A stretch of 50,210 bases of DNA from IMG/VR virus record IMGVR_UViG_3300028666_000006; one strand, written 5' to 3'. Both the position numbers and the translations under genes were made by a program. Under the pieces are notes generated by a model that saw only the letters and a program-made list of their open reading frames with translations, was not told the DNA's origin and searched no databases. The DNA is from a virus. Of the stretch, positions 17,533-26,168 are shown piece by piece. Every line of letters begins with the position of its first letter. Within the stretch, counting starts at the first letter, position 1.

Positions 17533-19346
17533 TGCCACTGTACGAAGCCACGGTCGCGGGCGACCGATGCAAGATCTTCGTCATGCCGCCGTACCGGCAG
17601 GACCTCGTCGAGCGCTGGCGACGTTTCACCGAAGCCACTGACGTCTTCGGCTACGACGTCGAGACCACGGCTATCGACGAAATGCAAGGCGTGCACGAGC
17701 CGAACGCCCGACTGCGTATGGTGCAGTTCGGTACGCACCGGATGGCCTGGTGTCTCGATCCGCACGACAAGCGCTGGCGTGCCGAGATCGAAATGCACTT
17801 GGAGAATCCTGGCCGACGCTTCGTCTCGCACACCAACTATGACGAGAGCTGGGCGCACCGCGAGTTCGGGATCGAGCTCGGCGAACGATCGCTCGACACA
17901 CAGGTGATGGCTCGACTGGCGTTCCCGGCTGCACGTAAGACCGACCTGAAGAGTCTGACCGCTCGCCACATCGACGGGGGTCTCGTCGCAGCAGAGACCG
18001 CGATGATGGAGCGCTTCAAGCAGCTCGCCCCGGTCGGATACCGTGTTGGCAAGAAGCTGAAGGGCTGGGGATTCTCCAATATCCCTTTGACTGACCCGTT
18101 CTTCGGTCGATACGGAGGTCTCGACGCGATCTACGTGCGACGCTTCCTAGACATCTTGGCGCGCATTCTTAGAGAGCAGGGGATGGCTCCCCTGTCACGA
18201 CGAGAGCAACGTGTCGCAGTCATGTGCTCGGAGATCAGTTGGCGCGGCCAGCGAGTCGACAAGCCATACACCGCCAAGCTGCTCAAGGAGGTCGGTGGCG
18301 AGTACGACAGCGCGCGATCAAGGCTCGAAGAGACCTTCGGCTTCGCAGCACTATCACCCAAGCGTGGCGACTGGCTACGCAGTCACGGTCTTCAGCACGT
18401 CCTGGCTGAGACGCCAGGCGGCGACGTCAGGCTTGACAAGGAGACGCTACCGCTCTACGCCCAAGCGCACGAGGACAGCGAGCTCGGCACGGTCTTTGCA
18501 GACATGCTGCTGATGAGCGAGCGCAAGAACCTACGCACTGTTCTCCAGAACATCACCGGAGGCATGGATACCAACGGCTTCGTGCACCCGAAGATCTGGG
18601 CCGGCACAGCGATTACCGGCCGATCGTCGATCGTGCGCCCCGCGCTCCAGACTTTCAAGAAGACCGACCCGCGCACTCGCTCGACGCTGATCGCCCGTGA
18701 TGGATTCTCGCTCGTCAAGGCTGACTACGACAGCCAGGAGATCCGCATTGCCGCGGCGTACAGCAACGACCCCAACTTCAACGCGATCGTCTTCGGTGGC
18801 GACTCCTGGCACGACATCACCGCACGCGGACTCTTCGGTGAGAACTTCACCGAGTACCAGCGCGAGAAGATCGCCAAGACGCTGAACTACGCCATCCAGT
18901 TCGGAGCTGGCCCCAAGCGCATCGCATTGATGCTGAAGATCCCTATTGCCGAAGCCAAGGCAATGTGGCTGGCGTGGAATCGCACCTACCGTGTGTACGT
19001 CAACTGGCGCGACAAGATGGCGACAGCCAACGAGATCGTCAACCCGTGGGGTCGCGTCATCCCGCGTGATCCATTCCGACCCTATGCAATGGGTAACTAT
19101 GCCATCCAGTCCACCGGGCGCGACCTGCTCGGCGATGCTCTCGTCAACCTGGCCGATGCCGGCTGGGCGCATCGAATCTGGCTGCACATTCACGATGAGA
19201 TCGTGCTCGAAGTGCCACACGGCCAAGAGGAAGAGGCGTGCGCTGTGTTGGAGCGCGCGATGACCGCTAAGATCAAGCACGTTCCGTTCACTGCCACGGC
19301 CGAGGTGCTCGGCCATCGGTGGTCAGGCAAGGAGATCTCCTCTTGA
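17532..19346 (+). CDS. DNA polymerase I (family A) with 3'-5' exonuclease domain
   Basis: Exo motif FGYDVETT. Pol motif A KADYDSQEIRIAA, motif B KTLNYAIQFGAG, motif C HIHDEIVLE. Confidence 0.95.
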   Translation: MPLYEATVAGDRCKIFVMPPYRQDLVERWRRFTEATDVFGYDVETTAIDEMQGVHEPNARLRMVQFGTHRMAWCLDPHDKRWRAEIEMHLENPGRRFVSHTNYDESWAHREFGIELGERSLDTQVMARLAFPAARKTDLKSLTARHIDGGLVAAETAMMERFKQLAPVGYRVGKKLKGWGFSNIPLTDPFFGRYGGLDAIYVRRFLDILARILREQGMAPLSRREQRVAVMCSEISWRGQRVDKPYTAKLLKEVGGEYDSARSRLEETFGFAALSPKRGDWLRSHGLQHVLAETPGGDVRLDKETLPLYAQAHEDSELGTVFADMLLMSERKNLRTVLQNITGGMDTNGFVHPKIWAGTAITGRSSIVRPALQTFKKTDPRTRSTLIARDGFSLVKADYDSQEIRIAAAYSNDPNFNAIVFGGDSWHDITARGLFGENFTEYQREKIAKTLNYAIQFGAGPKRIALMLKIPIAEAKAMWLAWNRTYRVYVNWRDKMATANEIVNPWGRVIPRDPFRPYAMGNYAIQSTGRDLLGDALVNLADAGWAHRIWLHIHDEIVLEVPHGQEEEACAVLERAMTAKIKHVPFTATAEVLGHRWSGKEISS

Positions 19347-20050
19347 GCAACGCCGCCACGATCATCTGGGTAGATCCGGGTCTTACCACTGGGGTCTGCG
19401 TTCTGTCGGTCAAGCCCGAGTGGTTGTCCGGCGAAGGTTCGCCCGACTGGGCTGGACTGCGCAACGTCGTCAAGACGAAGTGGTGGGCGCAGCTCGGCAA
19501 CCACGCGCGAGTGCTAGAAGGCTGCGACCCCGTCCCGTGGGAAGCCAAGCGCTTGAGCGAGGACGCTGAGCAACGCCAGCGCGGCTACGGTCCGGCCGGC
19601 GACATGTTCACCGTACTCAAGGGCAACGGGCGCTACCGAGGTGGGCCAGCATCACCGCTACAGGCGCTGCTGATCCGTCAGGCGGTTCAGATGCGCGGTG
19701 TGCTCGAAGCCCATCCAGAAGCTGCGTGGGGTCACGAGGACTTCATCTTGCGAACGCGCGACGCCAAGCGCGAGACGCTCTCGCCGGTCGCACTCAACGC
19801 GATGATGACGACGCTCGAACTGTGTGCCGGATCGCGCGCCCGTTGGCCCTTCGTTCAAGGCGCAAGCCTCGCGATGTCGACCGCAACCGATGAGCGGCTC
19901 AAGGTTGCGCAGCTCTACGTGCCAGGTCTGCCGCACGCGGTCGACGCCACGCGCCACGCCGTCACGTTCCTGCGTCGCTGTCGAGGTGATGCTGCACTGC
20001 GCAAGGCCGCGTGGCCCGAGATCTTCGATCCGAGGTGGAGTGCCAAGTGA
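19343..20050 (+). CDS. RuvC-like Holliday junction resolvase (tentative)
   Basis: TTG19343 lies 8 nt after AAGGAG. The N-terminus IIWVDPGLTTGVCVL resembles the RuvC/A22 first catalytic motif. Confidence 0.65.
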   Translation: MSNAATIIWVDPGLTTGVCVLSVKPEWLSGEGSPDWAGLRNVVKTKWWAQLGNHARVLEGCDPVPWEAKRLSEDAEQRQRGYGPAGDMFTVLKGNGRYRGGPASPLQALLIRQAVQMRGVLEAHPEAAWGHEDFILRTRDAKRETLSPVALNAMMTTLELCAGSRARWPFVQGASLAMSTATDERLKVAQLYVPGLPHAVDATRHAVTFLRRCRGDAALRKAAWPEIFDPRWSAK

Positions 20051-20223
20051 AGCCACGGTGGTACTGCAAGGTCTGCAATCTGACGATGGTCGTGCGCGAC
20101 ACTGATCGTTCGCCCGACCCTGCACTCAGGCGACTGCGCTTGGTGCACCAGCGGCTAACGCACGAACTGAAGGAGATCTACCAGGCAGGCATTGGACCGA
20201 AGAGTCGAGTGGAGGGCCAGTGA
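20047..20223 (+). CDS. small hypothetical protein
   Basis: GTGA-coupled GTG20047 within ORF 20011..20223. The next gene is also GTGA-coupled. Confidence 0.5.
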   Translation: MKPRWYCKVCNLTMVVRDTDRSPDPALRRLRLVHQRLTHELKEIYQAGIGPKSRVEGQ

Positions 20224-22586
20224 CCTTCGACCTCACGCCGTGGGCGCCACCGGCTGACCCGTTCCTGCTGGTCGAGCGCACGCTGACCGCTCTCGGTTCA
20301 CGCCGCGGCGACGGCAATGAGTGGCAGTGTCCGCACCACGACGACGACGTGCAGTCCTTCGGCATCGAGCGCGGCGATGTCTGGCCTGTGGTGATGAACT
20401 GCTTCGCTGGCTGCACCTATGCCGATCTGCTCAACTCGCTCGGCATGGACGCGGACACCTTCAACGGCACCAAGAAGTTCCGCTACAACTACTACGGCCC
20501 CGACGGCACGCTCTCCTACTTCGTCAAGCGCACCGATCAGTGGGTAGCGGGCGAAGCCAAGGGTGGTGAAGAGGGCACAGTCGACCACGTACGAAAGGAG
20601 ATCCAGCCGAGCTGGTACGACAAGAACGGCAAGGCGCACACCGGCCTGCCGAAGAACGTCACGCGCGTGCTCTACAACCTGCCGCAAGTGCTCGCTGCTG
20701 CGTGGGAAGGCAAGGACGTCTGGCTGGTCGAGGGTGAGAAGTGCGCTGACATCGGCACGGCGTACGCGGCACAGCACAACGCCCCGCTCGTCTTCACCAC
20801 GGCGCACGGTGGCGCCCAACGTCTACCGCTCGCGTCGATGATCGACGCCCTGGCGAACGGCAACGGTGCACGAGTCACGATCATGCGCGACAACGATGTC
20901 TCCTCGATCCGCTGGGCGCTGCGCTGGCACAACGCGCTACGCGAGCGAGGCTTGAAGGTGCGCATTGTCAAGGGCATCGGCGTCGCCAAGGGTGCCGATC
21001 TCTACGATCACCTGGAGCAAGGCGCGAAGCTGAAGGCCGTCGTGTCGGAGTCGGTCGAGGTGCTCCGCGAGATCTCACAGGAAGCCGAGGATGACGCGGT
21101 CGAGATCGCGCCCGTCGGTCGCTCCGAGCTGCCAGAGGGTTTGTGGCCGCCGCCGTCGATGCCGCAGTTGGTGGCTGACGAGTTCCTCGCCCGCTTCTAC
21201 CTGACGAGTGTCAGCGACCACGACGGAGGGCCGCGGCGTACGTGCTCGACGCTCGTGCGCTGGCGTGGCGACTGGTGGCACTACACCGAGGTCGGCTACT
21301 GGCGCAAGCTGCCCGACTCGCACCTGTCGCGGGACCTCTCGATCGCTCTGCGTGGCGCTCGATGCAAGGGCGATGACTCGCAGACGGTGCCGTGGGTCCA
21401 GACGCCCAAGCGACTCAATGACGTCGAGTCGATGCTGACGCGCGCGGTGCTGCTGGAGGACGACGTCGAGCCCGACGACTGGATCATCGACGGTCGTGAT
21501 CCCACCGAGGCTGAGGAGCGTGGCCGTTGGGTCGCGTGCCTCAACGGTCTGCTCGACCTGAACACCCGAGAACTGCGCCCAACGACCCCTGAGCACTTCG
21601 GCCAGCGCATCTTGCCCTACGAGTACCGCTCGATGACCGCAGACGACCGTGCGGTGATCCTGGACCCGTGGATGACCTTCCTGAACTCGCTCTGGCGCGA
21701 GGGTGCGGCCGAGATCGACCTGCTGCAAGAGTGGATCGGCTATCTCGCATCGGGTGAGACCCACCTCCAGAAGATGATGATGCTCGTGGGGCCACCCCGA
21801 GCAGGCAAGGGTGTGATCGAGGCTGTGATCGCTGCGCTGCTCGGCAAGCACCAGCTCACCGGCATCACGCTCACGCAGCTCGGCTCGACCTTCGGCATCG
21901 CATCGCTGATCGGCAAGAGTCTCGGCGTGATCGGTGACGCCCGCTTCACCGGCCGGGTCAACGAGCAGTCGGTCGCGGTCGAGCGACTGCTCAACATCAC
22001 GGGTGAGAACGTCGTACAGGCTCCACGCAAGTACAAGGACCCGTGGGTCGGCAAGCTGGACGCCCGCGTGATGATCGTCTCGAACGAGCTGCCCGACCTG
22101 GTCGACTCCTCCGAGGCGCTTGTCGGCAGGTTCGTGATCCTGGCGCTCAAGCGCTCGTGGCTCGGTCGTGAGGACGTCGGCCTGGCTGAGCGGCTGACCG
22201 GAGATCCCCGGCTGCTCGGCGCGATCCTGGACTGGGCGCTCGACGGCCGTGACCGGCTGATCCGCGAGGGCAAGTTCACCGTGCCGGCGTCGGGCGAACG
22301 CGAGCGAGCAGAGCTGCGTGCGTCAACCAACCCGGTCGGTGCGTTTGCGGCTGTGCACCTGGTTCGAGAGGTCGGCGCGAGGGTGTCCAAGCAAGAGGTC
22401 TACGACCGCTGGCGAGACGTCTGCGCATCGACTGGTGGCACCGTCGGGACGATCGAAGGACTGGGTCGGAAGCTGCGTGCTTGTGGGGCAGTAGACGGGA
22501 CAGTACAGAGGCGAGAAGCGGGGACAGACCAGAAGTTGAACTGCTGGCGGGACGTCAGGCTGGTGAAGAGGCGTATTTCGACGTGA
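20220..22586 (+). CDS. bifunctional DNA primase / SF3 (P4-type) helicase
   Basis: N-terminal zinc motif CPHH...CFAGC. TOPRIM-like WLVEGEKCAD...MRDNDVS. Walker A VGPPRAGKGV with a downstream helicase domain. Confidence 0.9.
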   Translation: MTFDLTPWAPPADPFLLVERTLTALGSRRGDGNEWQCPHHDDDVQSFGIERGDVWPVVMNCFAGCTYADLLNSLGMDADTFNGTKKFRYNYYGPDGTLSYFVKRTDQWVAGEAKGGEEGTVDHVRKEIQPSWYDKNGKAHTGLPKNVTRVLYNLPQVLAAAWEGKDVWLVEGEKCADIGTAYAAQHNAPLVFTTAHGGAQRLPLASMIDALANGNGARVTIMRDNDVSSIRWALRWHNALRERGLKVRIVKGIGVAKGADLYDHLEQGAKLKAVVSESVEVLREISQEAEDDAVEIAPVGRSELPEGLWPPPSMPQLVADEFLARFYLTSVSDHDGGPRRTCSTLVRWRGDWWHYTEVGYWRKLPDSHLSRDLSIALRGARCKGDDSQTVPWVQTPKRLNDVESMLTRAVLLEDDVEPDDWIIDGRDPTEAEERGRWVACLNGLLDLNTRELRPTTPEHFGQRILPYEYRSMTADDRAVILDPWMTFLNSLWREGAAEIDLLQEWIGYLASGETHLQKMMMLVGPPRAGKGVIEAVIAALLGKHQLTGITLTQLGSTFGIASLIGKSLGVIGDARFTGRVNEQSVAVERLLNITGENVVQAPRKYKDPWVGKLDARVMIVSNELPDLVDSSEALVGRFVILALKRSWLGREDVGLAERLTGDPRLLGAILDWALDGRDRLIREGKFTVPASGERERAELRASTNPVGAFAAVHLVREVGARVSKQEVYDRWRDVCASTGGTVGTIEGLGRKLRACGAVDGTVQRREAGTDQKLNCWRDVRLVKRRIST

Positions 22587-22771
22587 TTCGTCTAGGGGCA
22601 AGTGAGGACTACTCGGGACAGGATCACGCTCAGAACTGGGAAGTACCTACTTTTCTTCCTCTTCTTTTGCACACAAGGGGAAATAGTACAAGCGTACTGT
22701 AACCCCTATAGAGTGAGGAGCGGTTGTCAACATAAAGTAGGGATCTCGGGACAAACGATGGAGGAGCAGCG
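22587..22771 (+). other. AT-rich intergenic region with pyrimidine tract and imperfect hairpin
   Basis: This is the longest non-coding gap and is clearly lower in GC. It has a 19-nt pyrimidine run cttttcttcctcttctttt (22650..22668) and a hairpin at 22676..22707 (aggggaaatagtac-aagc-gtactgtaacccct). Confidence 0.6.
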
Positions 22772-22957
22772 ATGAGCACACCGTCCGAGACGGCCGAGAC
22801 GACGGCTGCTGGAGAGCCACGACCGACCGCCAGCCGCACTTTCATCGACGCGCGTGACGAGGAGGCGCACGTCGTCAGGACCGCTGCTCGGCTGGCGTTC
22901 GCCCGACGCCGGTGGATTCTGGAGTGTCTCGCGGCGTACTGTGACCGTCATGGCTGA
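22772..22957 (+). CDS. hypothetical protein
   Basis: 61-aa ORF. A GGAGGAG SD lies 5 nt upstream of the ATG. Confidence 0.6.
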   Translation: MSTPSETAETTAAGEPRPTASRTFIDARDEEAHVVRTAARLAFARRRWILECLAAYCDRHG

Positions 22958-23630
22958 CGTCGAGGCGCCGCAATGCAAGGCGGTCCACAAGGAGCAGGGC
23001 CGCTGCCCGAAGCCAGCCGTGCAAGGCATGGACGTCTGCGAGCGGCACGGCGCCGCGACGAGGGTCTCGAAGAACAAGCAGCTCTTGAAGCGACTGACGC
23101 TCGGGATGGCTCGACTGCCGATCGACTCATCGCTGCGTGACCCGGTTGCGGCGTTCGAGGACGAGTTCCTGCGAACGGTGAGCCGCATCGCCTACCTCGA
23201 TCGAGCGATCGGTGGCTTGACCGACGAGGAGCTCGTCTGGGGCAAGATCAGCGAGGACGTCAAGAACGCCACCGAGTGGCCTGGCATCGACACCGGCTAC
23301 GGCGCGCGCGTCAACGCGCTCGTCGAGCTCCAGTTCCGTGAGCGACAGCACCTGCTGGCGATCGAGAAGATCTGGCTCGGCGCGCGGCTGGACCACAAGC
23401 GGCTGGAGATCGCACAGAACCAGGCGACGGTCTTCGAGTCGGCGATGGTGGCGATCCTGGCGAAGCTGGGTCACGACTCGGCCAACCCGTCGGTACGTGC
23501 GATCATCTTCCAAGAGCTGGGGAACATGCCTGGCGCGGCCGGTCGCAACGCCGAGATCAAGCAGGCGCGCGAGCGAGTCGACGAAGACGCCGAGTGGTTC
23601 GAGGAAATGGTCGATGACGGTGAGGACTGA
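22950..23630 (+). CDS. hypothetical protein with N-terminal Cys/His motif (possible DNA-binding protein or small terminase; function uncertain)
   Basis: ATG22950 within ORF 22854..23630. N-terminus QCKAVHKEQGRCPKPAVQGMDVCERHG, followed by a helical body and an acidic tail. Confidence 0.65.
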   Translation: MADVEAPQCKAVHKEQGRCPKPAVQGMDVCERHGAATRVSKNKQLLKRLTLGMARLPIDSSLRDPVAAFEDEFLRTVSRIAYLDRAIGGLTDEELVWGKISEDVKNATEWPGIDTGYGARVNALVELQFRERQHLLAIEKIWLGARLDHKRLEIAQNQATVFESAMVAILAKLGHDSANPSVRAIIFQELGNMPGAAGRNAEIKQARERVDEDAEWFEEMVDDGED

Positions 23631-23775
23631 ACAGGAGCAGCGTGAGATCGACGCCGCGGCTTCGTTCATCGAGGCGCTCTACATCGCCGGCTGGTCGATC
23701 AACCAGATCGCGGTGTACTGCGCCATCACCACAGACGAGGTTTCGGCACTGATGAAGGCGGCGAGCGACGAATGA
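23614..23775 (+). CDS. small helix-turn-helix protein (tentative)
   Basis: ATG23614 within ORF 23338..23775. The segment GWSINQIAVYCAITTDEVSALM looks like an HTH. Confidence 0.6.
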   Translation: MTVRTEQEQREIDAAASFIEALYIAGWSINQIAVYCAITTDEVSALMKAASDE

Positions 23776-23984
23776 GGGTCAAGATTCGCAGTCGACGGCT
23801 GTGGCTGTACGGCGGCCGGTTCACGGCGCGCTCGCGGATCACGCGGCGTTCGTCGTGGCCGGTGCGCGTGTACCTGAAGCGCTGGCAGATCGAGGTCGGC
23901 ATCGGCAACGTCGGCGTCTACGGCGGCTGGATCTGGTTGCCAGCGACGTCGACCGTGCTGCATCCGTCGATTGAGCCACTGTGA
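23772..23984 (+). CDS. hypothetical protein
   Basis: 70-aa ORF, ATGA-coupled, with very high third-position GC. Confidence 0.6.
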   Translation: MRVKIRSRRLWLYGGRFTARSRITRRSSWPVRVYLKRWQIEVGIGNVGVYGGWIWLPATSTVLHPSIEPL

Positions 23985-24005
23985 CGATACGGCTATATCT
24001 CGCCT

Positions 24006-24398
24006 GTGGACGACAACAGGTACGGATCGGTTGGCGCTGGCGTCGAGCAGACGATCAACCGTGGCGATGGCGTTAGCGCCAGCCACGGCGCAATCCGTAC
24101 CCTGATGAGGTACAGATTGCATACCGGAGGTGACGTCGTGTCGTTCTTGCACTGGATCTTGTGGTGGACCGGCTCGTCAAACGTCAGTGGCGTGTGGTAC
24201 GGCTTCTGGAGCGGTTTCGCGAGCATCCTGGAACGACTGATCGAGGTCGCGATGCTTGCGGTGCTGTGGTACGCGCACCACAACTGCCATCGCCGAGGCT
24301 GTCTGATGCTCGGCCGGCATCGAGTCGACGGCACGCCATGGTGCGCGAAGCATCATCCACGATCAACCGAGCTGGAGGCACTGCGAAATGGCGACTGA
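24006..24398 (+). CDS. membrane protein with C-terminal Cys/His motif
   Basis: TM segments (FLHWILWWTG, LIEVAMLAVLWY), then HHNCHRRGCLMLGRHRVDGTPWCAKHHP. The alternative start GTG24138 has a strong GGAGG SD. Confidence 0.65.
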   Translation: MDDNRYGSVGAGVEQTINRGDGVSASHGAIRTLMRYRLHTGGDVVSFLHWILWWTGSSNVSGVWYGFWSGFASILERLIEVAMLAVLWYAHHNCHRRGCLMLGRHRVDGTPWCAKHHPRSTELEALRNGD

Positions 24399-24573
24399 GA
24401 ACGTACCGGACGACTACGTCGCACCGTGTGGTTGCCGTTTCTGGTGCGACATCATCGACGGCGTCAGGACTTTGCTCTTCGAGCCGTGCTCACCGACGTG
24501 CGACGTACGAGACCAGGCACTGCTGATGGCCGCTGAGCAGGACAAGCCGGTCTCGACGCTCGATCTGAGCTGA
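24388..24573 (+). CDS. small Cys-rich hypothetical protein
   Basis: 61-aa ORF overlapping the upstream gene by 11 nt. It contains six Cys. Confidence 0.6.
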   Translation: MATENVPDDYVAPCGCRFWCDIIDGVRTLLFEPCSPTCDVRDQALLMAAEQDKPVSTLDLS

Positions 24574-24609
24574 CCAGCAATCCCGATAGCACGCAAGCCG
24601 CAATATCGC

Positions 24610-24622
24610 TACCCTGAGCGCA
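24610..24622 (+). promoter_or_regulatory. candidate -10 element for a leaderless transcript
   Basis: TACCCT (24610..24615, TANNNT) lies exactly 6 nt upstream of the A of ATG24622. There is no SD upstream. Confidence 0.3.
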
Positions 24623-24921
24623 TGGCAATCAACATCGCGGTCGTAGCACTGAACGACTCGACGCCGGTTCAGCTCGACGCGCTCGCGGGAGTGGCCGGAC
24701 GCTCGATCATCGTCGACAATATCGACGAGTCGATCACCGTTTCGCTCGTCACCTCGGCCGTCGGCTTCGACGCCGAGACGACGCCAGCGTTTCAGATCAT
24801 CAGCGGCGCGCACCTGGCGTTCCCGCTCGGCGTGCACGACCACGTCTACGCGGTCTCGGCCAGCGGCACGCCGTCGGTCGACGTGCTGGAAGTCGCCATC
24901 GGCGATATCGAGGACCAGTAG
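24622..24921 (+). CDS. hypothetical beta-rich protein (first gene of the fibre cluster)
   Basis: 99-aa ORF followed by overlapping or adjacent fibre-like genes. Confidence 0.7.
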   Translation: MAINIAVVALNDSTPVQLDALAGVAGRSIIVDNIDESITVSLVTSAVGFDAETTPAFQIISGAHLAFPLGVHDHVYAVSASGTPSVDVLEVAIGDIEDQ

Positions 24922-25394
24922 TGCCCGCCATCGTCTACGAGTCGAACACTCCGTTCGCTGGCGGCGAGATTAGTCAGTTCGTCGACTACCTCCGCGCGCC
25001 GGACGCCGGCTCGACGCCGACGAACGACAACGGACTGACGCCGCCGAACACCGAGACAGGCGGCAACCGCTACCAGAGCGGCACGCCAGCCATCGGCGAC
25101 CACATTGCGTGGACGGTGTCGACGTCGGCGGCCACGTACCGACTGTTCATCTTCATGCGCTGCGAGGCAGACGCGGCCAAGATCCAGGTCAGCGTCGACG
25201 GCACCAACGTCGGTTCGGAGATCGACACCTTCGCACAGTCCGGCGCCGAGAAGGCGGCGGTCTTCGGCGGCTTCGGCGACCTTGAGCTGGGAGCAGGCGC
25301 GCACATCGTCAAGCTGACGGTCACAGGCAAGAACGCCTCGTCGACGGCCTACTACTTCAACCCTGGCGGCTTCGCACTGGTACCGACGTCGTAG
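24921..25394 (+). CDS. carbohydrate-binding-module-like protein (tentative)
   Basis: 157 aa, beta-sandwich-like sequence (AWTVSTSAATYRLFIFMRCEADAAKIQVSVDG...HIVKLTVTGKN). Confidence 0.65.
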   Translation: MPAIVYESNTPFAGGEISQFVDYLRAPDAGSTPTNDNGLTPPNTETGGNRYQSGTPAIGDHIAWTVSTSAATYRLFIFMRCEADAAKIQVSVDGTNVGSEIDTFAQSGAEKAAVFGGFGDLELGAGAHIVKLTVTGKNASSTAYYFNPGGFALVPTS

Positions 25395-25406
25395 ACTGGG
25401 CCGACC

Positions 25407-26156
25407 ATGGCAACCAACCCTCGGCCGCGGCCGAAGAGCGTCGCGCAGAAGCGCTCAGCGCCAACGCTGTTGGTGCCGGGGACGATCACACAGGTCACGC
25501 CGACGGTTCAGGTCACGCTCGACGGCTCGACGACGCCGGTCACGGCGGTCGCGCCAGGCTACATCGCACCGAGCATCAACGACCGCGTCCAGTGCCAGCG
25601 GTTCGGCAGTCAGCTCTACATCGTCTGGGCCAGTTCGGACGCGAGCAGCTCGGGACCGACGCCGCCGGCACTAGACACGACCTGGCAGCAGTTCACGCTG
25701 AACATCAGCGAGGACGGCGACTACGCCTACACGGCGTTCGACGCCGGCAACCCGGACTTCGATGCCAGCCGCGACGGCGTCTACATCTACACGGTGACCT
25801 ACGACCACCGCGGCGGCGACCTGAGCGACGGCCAGGCGGTCACGTTCTGGTGCACGCTCGACAGCGGCGACATGTTCGTCTCGCCGACGCCTGGCGGCAC
25901 GGTCATCGGCGTGTCCGGCGCCACGTTCTCGCCAGTCGAGACGTCATCGGTCTTCGTGCCGGTCACTTCTGGTGGTGCGCCGACGTTCACGGTGCACACG
26001 AACGGCAACGGCACCGACGACGCGGTGCTCGTCGTCAACATTCTCTGGATCGGGAGTGGTTCTGGAGGCGGTGCGACCGGGCCAACGGGTCCAACCGGCC
26101 CGACCGGGCCTTCTGGAGCTGGTAGCCGCACGTTCTCGTTCTTCATGTCAGCGTGA
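25407..26156 (+). CDS. tail fibre protein with short C-terminal collagen-like tract
   Basis: 249 aa. C-terminus [20 protein letters not shown]. Confidence 0.75.
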   Translation: MATNPRPRPKSVAQKRSAPTLLVPGTITQVTPTVQVTLDGSTTPVTAVAPGYIAPSINDRVQCQRFGSQLYIVWASSDASSSGPTPPALDTTWQQFTLNISEDGDYAYTAFDAGNPDFDASRDGVYIYTVTYDHRGGDLSDGQAVTFWCTLDSGDMFVSPTPGGTVIGVSGATFSPVETSSVFVPVTSGGAPTFTVHTNGNGTDDAVLVVNILWIGSGSGGGATGPTGPTGPTGPSGAGSRTFSFFMSA

Positions 26157-26168
26157 GAGACTGGTGAA

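Noticed and set aside
22758-22775. A five-codon mini-ORF (atg gag gag cag cga tga) overlapping the SD of 22772..22957.
   Set aside because: It is formed by the SD sequence itself and there is no independent support.
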